A DNA stretch of 64,000 nucleotides from the NCBI GenBank assembly GCA_964425975.1, contig CAYROK010000001.1, positions 44,052 to 108,051 on the forward strand, in the 5' to 3' direction. Within the stretch, counting starts at the first letter, position 1. Every line of letters starts with the position of its first letter. The notes below the pieces were generated by a model, which worked only from the letters and a program-made list of their open reading frames with translations, ran no database searches and was not told the origin of the DNA. This document shows, one piece after another, positions 57,001 through 64,000 of this stretch. Origin of the DNA: an uncultured Candidatus Saccharibacteria bacterium. GTDB lineage: Bacteria; Patescibacteriota; Saccharimonadia; Saccharimonadales; UBA4665. Position numbers and translations under genes: made by a program.

Positions 57001-57870
57001 CGGCTTAATACCGGCGCGTTCCATGCTTTCAAGCAGGCGAAGTCGCTTCATGAGTTTCTTCTTGCGCTGACCTTTTGCCTCTTCAGCCTCGGTAGTAAGA
57101 TCTGCAATGAGGGCAGTTAAGTCGATATCTTCGAGCAGCTCACGGAGCGCAGCACCACCCATGCCTACAGTAATCATGTCACGCAGTTCGCGCGGCAAAT
57201 TACGGTAGTCACCTTCGTTCATAAGACTCAGTTTTACGAGACTATCAAGCTGCGCTTTGAGCAGCTCCCAGTCTTTATCAAGCTCTTCAAGCTCCTTAGT
57301 TTGAGCTTCTGCAAGAGCTTTGACATCGGCACCTTCGGCTTCGGCTTCTTTTTCGTAGCGAAGCTTTATTGCTTGTTGTGCAGCCTGCCATTCTGCCTCT
57401 TTGTCTGCACGGTATTGGTCCCGAACGGCGACATTTACACTTTTCACAATGTAGGCCGCAAAGTATGCAACACGCTCAAGACTCTTTACGGTCATGCCAA
57501 GCAAAAGACCAATGGCGCTCGGTGTACCACGCAGGAACCAAATGTGCGCAACAGGAACAGCCAAGCTGATGTGACCCATACGTTCACGCCGAACAATGCT
57601 TCGGGTGACGAGCTCACCATTTTTATCGACGGCAGCTTCGCGTGAACGAACGCCTTTGTATTTCGCGTCGTGTGGGTTGATGTCTTTAACTGGTCCGAAA
57701 ATTCGCTCACAAAACAATCCGTCTCTCTCTGGTTTTTGAGTTCGGTAATTGATAGTTTCGGGTTTTAGGACTTCACCATAACTCCACTCTTCGATATCTT
57801 TGCTACTGGCAACCGCGAGGCGCACCGCGTCAAAGTCAGCAATATTTGTGCCGTATGAATAGCGTCTCAT
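54019..57870 (-). CDS. rpoC: DNA-directed RNA polymerase beta-prime subunit
   Basis: NADFDGD catalytic motif; ATG 57870 is separated by 1 nt from the rpoB stop codon. Confidence 0.97.
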   Translation of the reverse strand: MRRYSYGTNIADFDAVRLAVASSKDIEEWSYGEVLKPETINYRTQKPERDGLFCERIFGPVKDINPHDAKYKGVRSREAAVDKNGELVTRSIVRRERMGHISLAVPVAHIWFLRGTPSAIGLLLGMTVKSLERVAYFAAYIVKSVNVAVRDQYRADKEAEWQAAQQAIKLRYEKEAEAEGADVKALAEAQTKELEELDKDWELLKAQLDSLVKLSLMNEGDYRNLPRELRDMITVGMGGAALRELLEDIDLTALIADLTTEAEEAKGQRKKKLMKRLRLLESMERAGIKPESTCLSVLPVIPPDLRPMVQLTGGRFATSDLNDLYRRVINRNNRLKKLMELNAPEVIRRNEQRMLQEAVDALIDNNNARSGRAVAATGQRRRLKSLSDMLKGKQGRFRQNLLGKRVDYSGRSVIVAGPELKINQCGLPKMMALELFKPFVIGELIAREQAHNIRSATRMIETGETEVWDALDDVITGKYVLLNRAPSLHRLSIQAFQPVLIEGRAIQLHPLVCKGFNADFDGDQMAVHLPLSDAAQHEARDIMSANRNLLKPADGSPILHIEQDIVLGCYYLTYERPGKEKTVKSFSSLNEASMAFDAGVITLQSRLIVHFRGELRETTLGRLYFNEIFPEDFIYQDEAMTKKRLQKVMAAVYAKYGQEKTAEIADNLKDLGFRYATLSGLSMGMGDFEPINGLGDILKEGETKSAGISDQFEQGFITEDERHRLTVENWTKIDTRVQNLLAEQMKGQDGSMAVAITSGARGNISQMKMSVGMLGVFQDAAGNIIELPVKAGYMQGLTPLEYFTGTRGTRKAVIDIALKTADAGYLTRRLVDVSQDVFTIDDDSDDAADPGFALLRSDAAAIGVSYASRLEGRYAAEDVKGHIKAGELFSKDTAEAIDADEKLDGIKIRSALSATSVHGVPQKSYGIDPATGNLVTSHNPIGVIAAQSIGEPGTQLSLDSKHRSGAVVADDTAQGLSRVEELFEARSPKGQAYLADINGVVNAWEEGEKYIVQVTANDRENLELALEGRAPKIASGSDVAIGDVLASQDEGAEPLISPMAGKAELTDKSVIITPTSKSVVRYEIPGFKQLLVKDGDVVTAGQRLTNGSINLHDLMRLQGVEPTQRYIMNEILGIFAGQGQNISDKHLEIIVRQMFSRVQIEDAGDSEFVTGDVVSKLAVVEANDALTAENKQPAKVNQLLLGITKASLSTDSFLSAASFQDTTRVLIGAATSGRIDKLFGLKENVILGRKIPVGTGYGASNALDEGDEPVEEYHNDQIFRAEG

Positions 57871-57871
57871 T

Positions 57872-60800
57872 TTAGGCCTCCTCCCCTTCATCATCTGTCA
57901 TATCATTGTCGTCATCTGTACTAACCGCCGCGAACGCAGCATCTTCTTCAAAATCTGCCTCGACGATGGGGTTTCCGTCGCCATCCTCAAACTCAAAACC
58001 TTGACTGACAGCTTCTTCACTGGTGACGTCAATGTCAGATATGACTGAAGTTGGGGCCTCAACCTTAGCTGGGTGAGTAGCTTCTTCGTGAATATTTGTC
58101 GCCAAAACTGCTTCTGCGTCAATAACTTGGTCAGAAGCAACCAGGTCAACTTTGAGCCCTAAGCCTTGCAGCTCTTTTACAAGAACGTTAAAGCTTTCAG
58201 GGACTTTTGGCCCTACAATTTCGGTTTTCTTGATGATAGCTTCGTAAGCTTTGCTTCGTCCGTACACATCGTCGGATTTAATTGTCAACATTTCCTGAAG
58301 TGTATTTGCAGCACCGTATGCTTCTAGTGCCCAGACTTCCATTTCGCCGAAGCGCTGACCGCCGTTTTGAGCCTTACCGCCTAGTGGTTGCTGGGTGACC
58401 ATTGTGTATGGCCCGGTTGAACGAGCGTGTATTTTGTCGGCCACCATGTGGTTGAGCTTAATCATGTACATGCTACCAACAGTGGTGCGCTCTTTGTACG
58501 CACCGCCAGTGCGACCATCAAATAGCTGCTGTTTGCCGTCTTCTGGGAATCCGGCGTCTTTCAGCATGCTCTGAATTTTTTCAACTGGTACACCGTTGAA
58601 GCTTGGGCTGGCAACTTTCATACCAAGCGCCCGTGCTGCCATACCAAGGTGAGTTTCGAACAACTGCCCGATGTTCATACGTGAAGGAACACCGAGTGGG
58701 TTGAGGACGATGTCAACTGGCGTACCGTCTTCCATAAATGGCATGTCTTCAACTGGTAATATTCGGGCAATAACACCCTTGTTTCCGTGACGTCCACCAA
58801 GTTTATCGCCGACACTGATCTTGCGCATTTGAGCCACAAAGACCTGGATTTGCATCAACACGCCGGCCTTTAGTTCATGGCCGTTTTCGCGGCTAAAGAC
58901 TTTCACGCCCACAACCTTACCGTGTTTGCCGTTACTCATGCGCTGTGAAGTGTCACGAACTTCCTTCGCCTTTTCACCGAAAATGGCACGAAGTAATCGC
59001 TCTTCAGAACTAAGCTCTTGCTCGCCCTTTGGCGTAATTTTTCCAACTAGAATATCCCCAGGGTGGACTTCGGCACCGATACGGACAATTCCGTCGTCAT
59101 CAAGATGGCGCAATGCCTCTTCAGAGACATTTGGGATGTCGCGGGTGACAATTTCAGGTCCGAGTTTAGTCTCCCGAACCTCAATCATGTAATCGACAAT
59201 ATGTACAGAAGTCAGAGTATCGTCTTCTACCAGCTTCCGGCTGATAATGATTGCGTCTTCAAAGTTATAGCCAGCCCATGGCATGAACGCCACAAGGAGG
59301 TCTTTTCCAAGGGCGAGTTCGCCGCCCTGTATGCTCATACCTTCGATCAGCGCGTCACCAGCCTTTACCTTGTCGCCGGTACTCACAACCACATGCTGAT
59401 TTATGCTAGTACCTTCGTTACTCCGTACAAAATGCTCGGCGTCGTAGGTAACATTACCGTCTTTGTACTTCACAACCACTTGGTCGGCGTTGGCTTTCAC
59501 CACTTCACCCGCAGCCTCAGCGACGATGAGCTGACCGGTATTTGCCGCAGCTGCCGCTTCTACGCCCGTACCGACAATAGGGCTCTCAGGAGCAATTAGG
59601 GGTACTGCCTGGCGCTGCTGGTTACTGCCCATGAGCGCGCGGTACACATAGTTTTTCTCTATAAATGGTATGAGTCCTGCGCTTGAACCAATAATCTGAT
59701 TTTGCGCGGCGTCGATATGTGTGACATCTTCTCGATCGACTGTAGCCGACTTCAAACCGGCACGAGCACTAACCCGAGCATCGACAATCTTACCAGTTTT
59801 ATCTAGGGCGACACCCGCGCCAGCAATCACTGACTGTTCTTCGGCAGCTGCATCGAGATAAACCACATCTTCAGTTACTTTACCTTTCACAACTTTGCGG
59901 TATGGAGTTTCGATAAATCCATAATCATTAATCCGTGCAAAGTTTGCTAGGTTGAGCACTAAGCCCACATTGGCACCTTCTGGCGTCTCGACTGCGCAGA
60001 TACGGCCGTAGTGAGTTGCATGCGCGTCGCGCACCTCAAACCCGGCGCGTTCACGGCTAAGCCCACCTGGGCCCATAGAGCTTAGGCGGCGTTTGTGTGC
60101 CAACTCGGATAATGGATTAATTTGATCCATGAACTGTGAAAGTTGCGAACTCGCGAAGAACTCACGAACAGCAGCGACCACCGGTCGAGCGTTAATCAGC
60201 TGACCGGGTTGGACGGTTTCGATTTCACTCATACTCATGCGATCTTGTGTATTTCGTACCATCCGGAGTAGACCGATGCGGAACTGCCGCTGGACAAGTT
60301 CGCCTACCATTTTTATCCTGCGGTTACTCAAACTGTCGATATCATCACCTGGCTCTTGAGAGACATTCATACGAATCAGCTCGGCAATAATTGCAACGAG
60401 GTCTTCAAGGCGCATAATGCGGTTTTCGGCAGTATTTGCCACATCGAGCCCTAAACGTTGATTAATTTTGTAACGACCAACGCGACTAAAATCAAAACGT
60501 TTGAAGTTATAGAACATGTTTTCAAGCAAACTGCGTGCGTTTTCAACCGTCGCAAGGTCACCTGGGCGCAGTCGGCGATAAACCTCAATAAGGGCTTCGG
60601 CGTGTCCTTTGCTCGGATCCTTGTCTAGAGTTGACTGCAAAAAACTGCCCTTGGCTTGGTCTACGTGCTTAAAAGCTTCCTTCATGCTGGCTTCGGTCAT
60701 ACCGAGAGCACGTAACAGCGTGGTAACTGGAATTTTTCGCTTGCGATCTATTTTGACGTACAGGGCGCCATTTGCTGCCGTTTCAAATTCAAGCCACGCA

Positions 60801-61300
60801 CCGCGCCCAGGAATGACCTTGGCGCTATATAGATTGCGCGTACCATGCAGCTCGGCCGTATAAAAAACACCAGCTGATCGAATTAGCTGGCTTACTACAA
60901 CGCGTTCTGCACCGTTAATGATAAATGTACCGCGACGTGTCATCCACGGATAATCACCGAGGTAAATTTCTTGTTCCTTGACTTCGCCGGTGACTTTATT
61001 TGTAAGTTCTACAGTAGCCTTCAGGGGTGCTTCGTAGCTGACATTGTTCTCTCGAGCCTCTGCTTCGCTCAGCTTTGGATCTTCAAAATGATACTGTTTA
61101 AAAACCAGACTGAGTTTTGTTCCGGTGTAGTCGTCGACAGGGCTGATTTCAGCTAGAAGCTCTCCAAGACCTTCATCTATGAGCCACTGAAACGATTTAT
61201 TTTGATGGTCTACCAAATTTGGCAACGCAAGACCGCTGTCTTGGCTACTATCACTTAGGTAAACACGTGTTGTTTTGCTCGCAGTTACTGCTTTAGCCAT
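57872..61300 (-). CDS. rpoB: DNA-directed RNA polymerase beta subunit with acidic C-terminal tail
   Basis: 1142-1146 aa; ATG 61300 preferred over TTG 61312; ends ...DDDNDMTDDEGEEA. Confidence 0.97.
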   Translation of the reverse strand: MAKAVTASKTTRVYLSDSSQDSGLALPNLVDHQNKSFQWLIDEGLGELLAEISPVDDYTGTKLSLVFKQYHFEDPKLSEAEARENNVSYEAPLKATVELTNKVTGEVKEQEIYLGDYPWMTRRGTFIINGAERVVVSQLIRSAGVFYTAELHGTRNLYSAKVIPGRGAWLEFETAANGALYVKIDRKRKIPVTTLLRALGMTEASMKEAFKHVDQAKGSFLQSTLDKDPSKGHAEALIEVYRRLRPGDLATVENARSLLENMFYNFKRFDFSRVGRYKINQRLGLDVANTAENRIMRLEDLVAIIAELIRMNVSQEPGDDIDSLSNRRIKMVGELVQRQFRIGLLRMVRNTQDRMSMSEIETVQPGQLINARPVVAAVREFFASSQLSQFMDQINPLSELAHKRRLSSMGPGGLSRERAGFEVRDAHATHYGRICAVETPEGANVGLVLNLANFARINDYGFIETPYRKVVKGKVTEDVVYLDAAAEEQSVIAGAGVALDKTGKIVDARVSARAGLKSATVDREDVTHIDAAQNQIIGSSAGLIPFIEKNYVYRALMGSNQQRQAVPLIAPESPIVGTGVEAAAAANTGQLIVAEAAGEVVKANADQVVVKYKDGNVTYDAEHFVRSNEGTSINQHVVVSTGDKVKAGDALIEGMSIQGGELALGKDLLVAFMPWAGYNFEDAIIISRKLVEDDTLTSVHIVDYMIEVRETKLGPEIVTRDIPNVSEEALRHLDDDGIVRIGAEVHPGDILVGKITPKGEQELSSEERLLRAIFGEKAKEVRDTSQRMSNGKHGKVVGVKVFSRENGHELKAGVLMQIQVFVAQMRKISVGDKLGGRHGNKGVIARILPVEDMPFMEDGTPVDIVLNPLGVPSRMNIGQLFETHLGMAARALGMKVASPSFNGVPVEKIQSMLKDAGFPEDGKQQLFDGRTGGAYKERTTVGSMYMIKLNHMVADKIHARSTGPYTMVTQQPLGGKAQNGGQRFGEMEVWALEAYGAANTLQEMLTIKSDDVYGRSKAYEAIIKKTEIVGPKVPESFNVLVKELQGLGLKVDLVASDQVIDAEAVLATNIHEEATHPAKVEAPTSVISDIDVTSEEAVSQGFEFEDGDGNPIVEADFEEDAAFAAVSTDDDNDMTDDEGEEA

Positions 61301-61447
61301 AAGCGTGTACAATCCCCTTTACCCATAAAGGTTAATTAGATATGTTTTTAGGTGTTCGCTCGAAGATACACTAAGCGGGAGATTTTGGTGCTTAACTGCT
61401 TTGGCGCCACAGCAGCACAGCCCAACTTACACTACTTCTTGCATACT

Positions 61448-61476
61448 AGAGTACAGAGTTGTGATAGATCAGTCAA
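61448..61476 (-). promoter_or_regulatory. candidate rpoBC promoter
   Basis: minus-sense TTGACT-17 nt-TACTCT, about 140 nt upstream of rpoB. Confidence 0.4.
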
Positions 61477-61830
61477 GGCTTTCAGTGACAATAATCACAG
61501 ATTTTTACGGAACACCAGTTATGGCAAAACCTTACGAACCCACTCTACTGAACGTCCAGACAGACTATCTCTCGCTACAATGTCTCCATCTTGGTTATCA
61601 GGCCTTCTTACGAATCTTGCCAGATAATTTTATCAGAGCATCCGTGCTCGACTACGACGCGTATACATCGGGTTTTCGGTTTACACCAGCGAATTGTTCG
61701 CTGCTTTGTTCGATATTACCGAAACATTGCGTCGAAATTTCGATAAAACTGTTGCTGCTTTTTGAGACAATGTTATTGCTGATTAGGATGCCTTTCGTAA
61801 GAAATTTGTCCGCAAACTGTTCAATGACGC

Positions 61831-62412
61831 TTATGAGGACAGTACCTTGTCGACCAGCCCGTATTTGGCAGCTTCTGTGGCTGTCATCCAGCGGTCGCGT
61901 TCCATATCTTCGTGGATTTTTTCCAGCTTTTGGCCGGTGTTTTTGGCCATTATTTCTTCGAGAAGTTTTTTAACGCGCAAGGATTCTTTCAGGTCAATTT
62001 CTTGGTCGGTTACCTTGCCCCGCGTGCCGCTACTAGGCTGATGGATCATTACGGTCGCATTTGGCAGAAGAAATCGTTTGCCTTTTGTCCCTGAACTTAG
62101 CAAAAACGCTGCAGCGCTCGCCTGAACGCCAATCCCGAAAGTTTGCACCTCGTTCGCTATGTATCTCATCGTGTCATAGATAGCAAGCGCATCGTACACG
62201 CTGCCTCCGGGGCTGTTGATGTATAAAAATATATCTTTTTTGGCATCTTCAGACTGAAGAAATAACAGTTGAGCAACGACGAGGTTTGCGGTGTGCTCGT
62301 TGATTTCGCTTCCTATGAAAATGATTCGATCTTTTAATAATCGACTATAGATATCATACGCGCGCTCAACGCGGCCTTCGCTTTCAATAACGGTCGGAAT
62401 AATAGTACTCAT
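61831..62412 (-). CDS. clpP: ATP-dependent Clp protease proteolytic subunit
   Basis: 193 aa; catalytic [11 protein letters not shown] and MIHQP motifs. Confidence 0.95.
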   Translation of the reverse strand: MSTIIPTVIESEGRVERAYDIYSRLLKDRIIFIGSEINEHTANLVVAQLLFLQSEDAKKDIFLYINSPGGSVYDALAIYDTMRYIANEVQTFGIGVQASAAAFLLSSGTKGKRFLLPNATVMIHQPSSGTRGKVTDQEIDLKESLRVKKLLEEIMAKNTGQKLEKIHEDMERDRWMTATEAAKYGLVDKVLSS

Positions 62413-62444
62413 TTCACCTCGTTTCGCATTTCTACCCCTGTTTA

Positions 62445-62458
62445 CTTTTACCTGGGAT
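62445..62458 (-). promoter_or_regulatory. single leader box (clpP)
   Basis: mRNA sense ATCCCAGGTAAAAG, about 17 nt downstream of the -10 and 32 nt upstream of the ATG. Confidence 0.5.
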
Positions 62459-62474
62459 AGCTAATTGTCATTTG

Positions 62475-62503
62475 AGTATACAAAACTGGCACTCTCAAGT
62501 CAA
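62475..62503 (-). promoter_or_regulatory. promoter of clpP
   Basis: minus-sense TTGACT-17 nt-TATACT. Confidence 0.7.
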
Positions 62504-62513
62504 GAGTGCTAAC

Positions 62514-62720
62514 TTAATCTTTAGGGTTGGGCACTTCGGCATTGGGTGGCATGGGAAACCCCGCGCCGTCCATAAATCGGTCGATCACATTCCCAACCGG
62601 ACGCACTATATATCCGATAAACTCAGCGGCAATTTGTCTAAGAGCACTTGCGACTCTGGGCGATATTTCGTGCGATGTATCTAAGGGAGTTGATCCGGGG
62701 ACTTGTTCGTAAAATGACAT
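62514..62720 (-). CDS. hypothetical 68-aa protein between tig and clpP
   Basis: ORF track; AAGGAA 9 nt upstream of the ATG, 15 nt after the tig stop. Confidence 0.4.
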   Translation of the reverse strand: MSFYEQVPGSTPLDTSHEISPRVASALRQIAAEFIGYIVRPVGNVIDRFMDGAGFPMPPNAEVPNPKD

Positions 62721-62735
62721 GCATTAATTCCTTGT

Positions 62736-64000
62736 TTACTGTTTTGCTATATAACTTGCCAGGGCGGCTATGGTTTTTTCCGTAAGCATGCGGCTTAGAA
62801 TATCACGTTGGTTTTCGGGCTTTTCGAGTTCGTCCCGCATTTTATCATCGCCATATTGTTTCCTCAGTTCGGTCATGCGTGAGTTGAATTCATCTTCAGA
62901 AATTTGTATTTTTTCTTTCTCGGCAATTTCACCAAGCGCTAAACCCGTCTTTATCCGCAGCAACGCCTGATCGCGGTGGCTGGCGCGATGCTCTTCTTCA
63001 GATTTTCCTTCGGCCTTGAGGTGCTCTTCCCAGGTTTGACCACGGTAAATGAGATTGCGTTTTTCATCATCATCCATACGATCAATCTCTTGTTCGACCA
63101 TGGCTTCGGGTATAGCAACGGCCGTTTTCTCGCCAAGTTGTTCAAGAAGTTCGCTCTCAAACTGCTGCTGCGCCTGCCGTTCCTTCTCAGCGCCTACCTG
63201 AGTGCGAATATCTTTTCGTAGTTCTGCAACCGTTTTAAACGGACCGAGTTTCGATACAAATGCTTCGTCAAGTTTAGGAAGGATACGCTCGCTGACCATT
63301 TTGACAGTCACACTAAACTCGACTTTCTTACTTTGGAGCTGTTTGGTGCCATAATCTTTTGGAAATGTAACGGTAAAGACTTTGTTTTCTCCGGCCTTCA
63401 AACCAACCAGTTCTGGTTCAAACCCCGGTATAAAAGTGTTACTTCCAACGACCAACGGGTAGTCTTCGCCTTTTGCGCCGTCGATAGCTTCTTTCGACTT
63501 CGCATCCACTCCGGCAAAGTCTATGGTCACTTCATCGCCCTCGGCCGCTACCCGCTTGACCTCTTTTTTTTCAGCGTCACGCGCTAGCAAGTCATCAACA
63601 ACCTTTTCGACTTCTTCGTCGGTCACAGACTCACTTTTTTTCACCACCTTAAATTTTTTGTAATCAGGTAGCCTTACTTCTCCGACAACATCTAGACTTG
63701 CTGTCATTTCGAGTGTTGTAAATGGCACAAATTTAGTCAAACTGACTTCAGGCTGCGCCGCAGGACGTAGTTTTTCCTGTTGAACCGCGTTAACATATAG
63801 GTCGTTTACTACCTGGTCAATTACTTTGTTTGCGAGCAGCTGTTGATCGACTACCTTTTCAACCATATGCGCCGGAGCATGGCCCTTGCGGAAACCGGCG
63901 AGCTTGACTTCTTTCGAAAGTTCTTTCAAAACAGCGAGTTTGACGGGTTCAAGCTCGGTTGCGTCAGCAGTTATCGTTAACTGAACATTTGTAGGGGTGA
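62736..64000 (-). CDS. tig: trigger factor, N-terminus beyond window edge
   Basis: The frame stays open upstream of the tracked TTG 63929 (…TPTNVQLTITADATELEPVKLAVLKELSKEVKLAGFRKGHAP); FKBP-type and C-terminal domains present. Confidence 0.9.
   Translation of the reverse strand, partial: TPTNVQLTITADATELEPVKLAVLKELSKEVKLAGFRKGHAPAHMVEKVVDQQLLANKVIDQVVNDLYVNAVQQEKLRPAAQPEVSLTKFVPFTTLEMTASLDVVGEVRLPDYKKFKVVKKSESVTDEEVEKVVDDLLARDAEKKEVKRVAAEGDEVTIDFAGVDAKSKEAIDGAKGEDYPLVVGSNTFIPGFEPELVGLKAGENKVFTVTFPKDYGTKQLQSKKVEFSVTVKMVSERILPKLDEAFVSKLGPFKTVAELRKDIRTQVGAEKERQAQQQFESELLEQLGEKTAVAIPEAMVEQEIDRMDDDEKRNLIYRGQTWEEHLKAEGKSEEEHRASHRDQALLRIKTGLALGEIAEKEKIQISEDEFNSRMTELRKQYGDDKMRDELEKPENQRDILSRMLTEKTIAALASYIAKQ

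Overview
This 64-kb window looks like a small, streamlined bacterial genome of about 48-50% GC. I infer it is Patescibacteria/CPR, possibly Saccharibacteria-like. The inference rests on a ribosomal cluster that lacks L30, adk and map, on long Lys/Ala-rich tails on several r-proteins, and on many orphan genes. I could not run a homology search.

Gene content:
- **1-28 kb, housekeeping and accessory genes:** AraC regulator, family-5 solute-binding protein, secG, Xaa-Pro peptidase, PBP5-like carboxypeptidase, ligA and rdgB. Then tRNA-Trp followed by pgl-gnd-zwf, a GT4/GH57/GH15 alpha-glucan cluster and rpmG. Next comes a tRNA-Thr/Tyr/Thr cluster split by an HExxH protein, then a Nudix gene, holB, rluD-like and trpS.
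- **28-52 kb, minus strand:** nearly the complete str-S10-spc-alpha ribosomal superoperon, running rpsL-rpsG-fusA-tuf-rpsJ-rplC...rplQ-rplM-rpsI.
- **52-64 kb:** a nucleotide-sugar dehydrogenase, rpoB-rpoC, clpP and a partial tig.

Main oddities, all read directly from the sequence:
1. Six orphan ORFs of 76, 107, 103, 153, 135 (J-domain) and 314 aa sit at normally invariant junctions of the str/S10 operons. Several are translationally coupled to their neighbours or carry their own promoter.
2. A 14-nt box, ATCCCAGGTGAAAT in mRNA sense, recurs in the 5' leaders of rpsJ and rpsL (two copies each) and clpP, with a degenerate copy before secY. Its exact complement lies in the tuf 3'UTR.
3. The intergenic spacers inside the r-protein operon are unusually long, about 90-165 nt. 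They carry dispersed repeats (a perfect 80-nt pair and a 94%-identical 63-nt pair) and heptamer-periodic arrays that form long hairpins. Some of these hairpins occlude the SD or start codon.
4. About 15 genes have a -10 hexamer, mostly TATACT, 6-10 nt upstream of the start codon. This implies widespread leaderless or near-leaderless mRNAs.

I saw no CRISPR array, IS element, integrase or rRNA gene.
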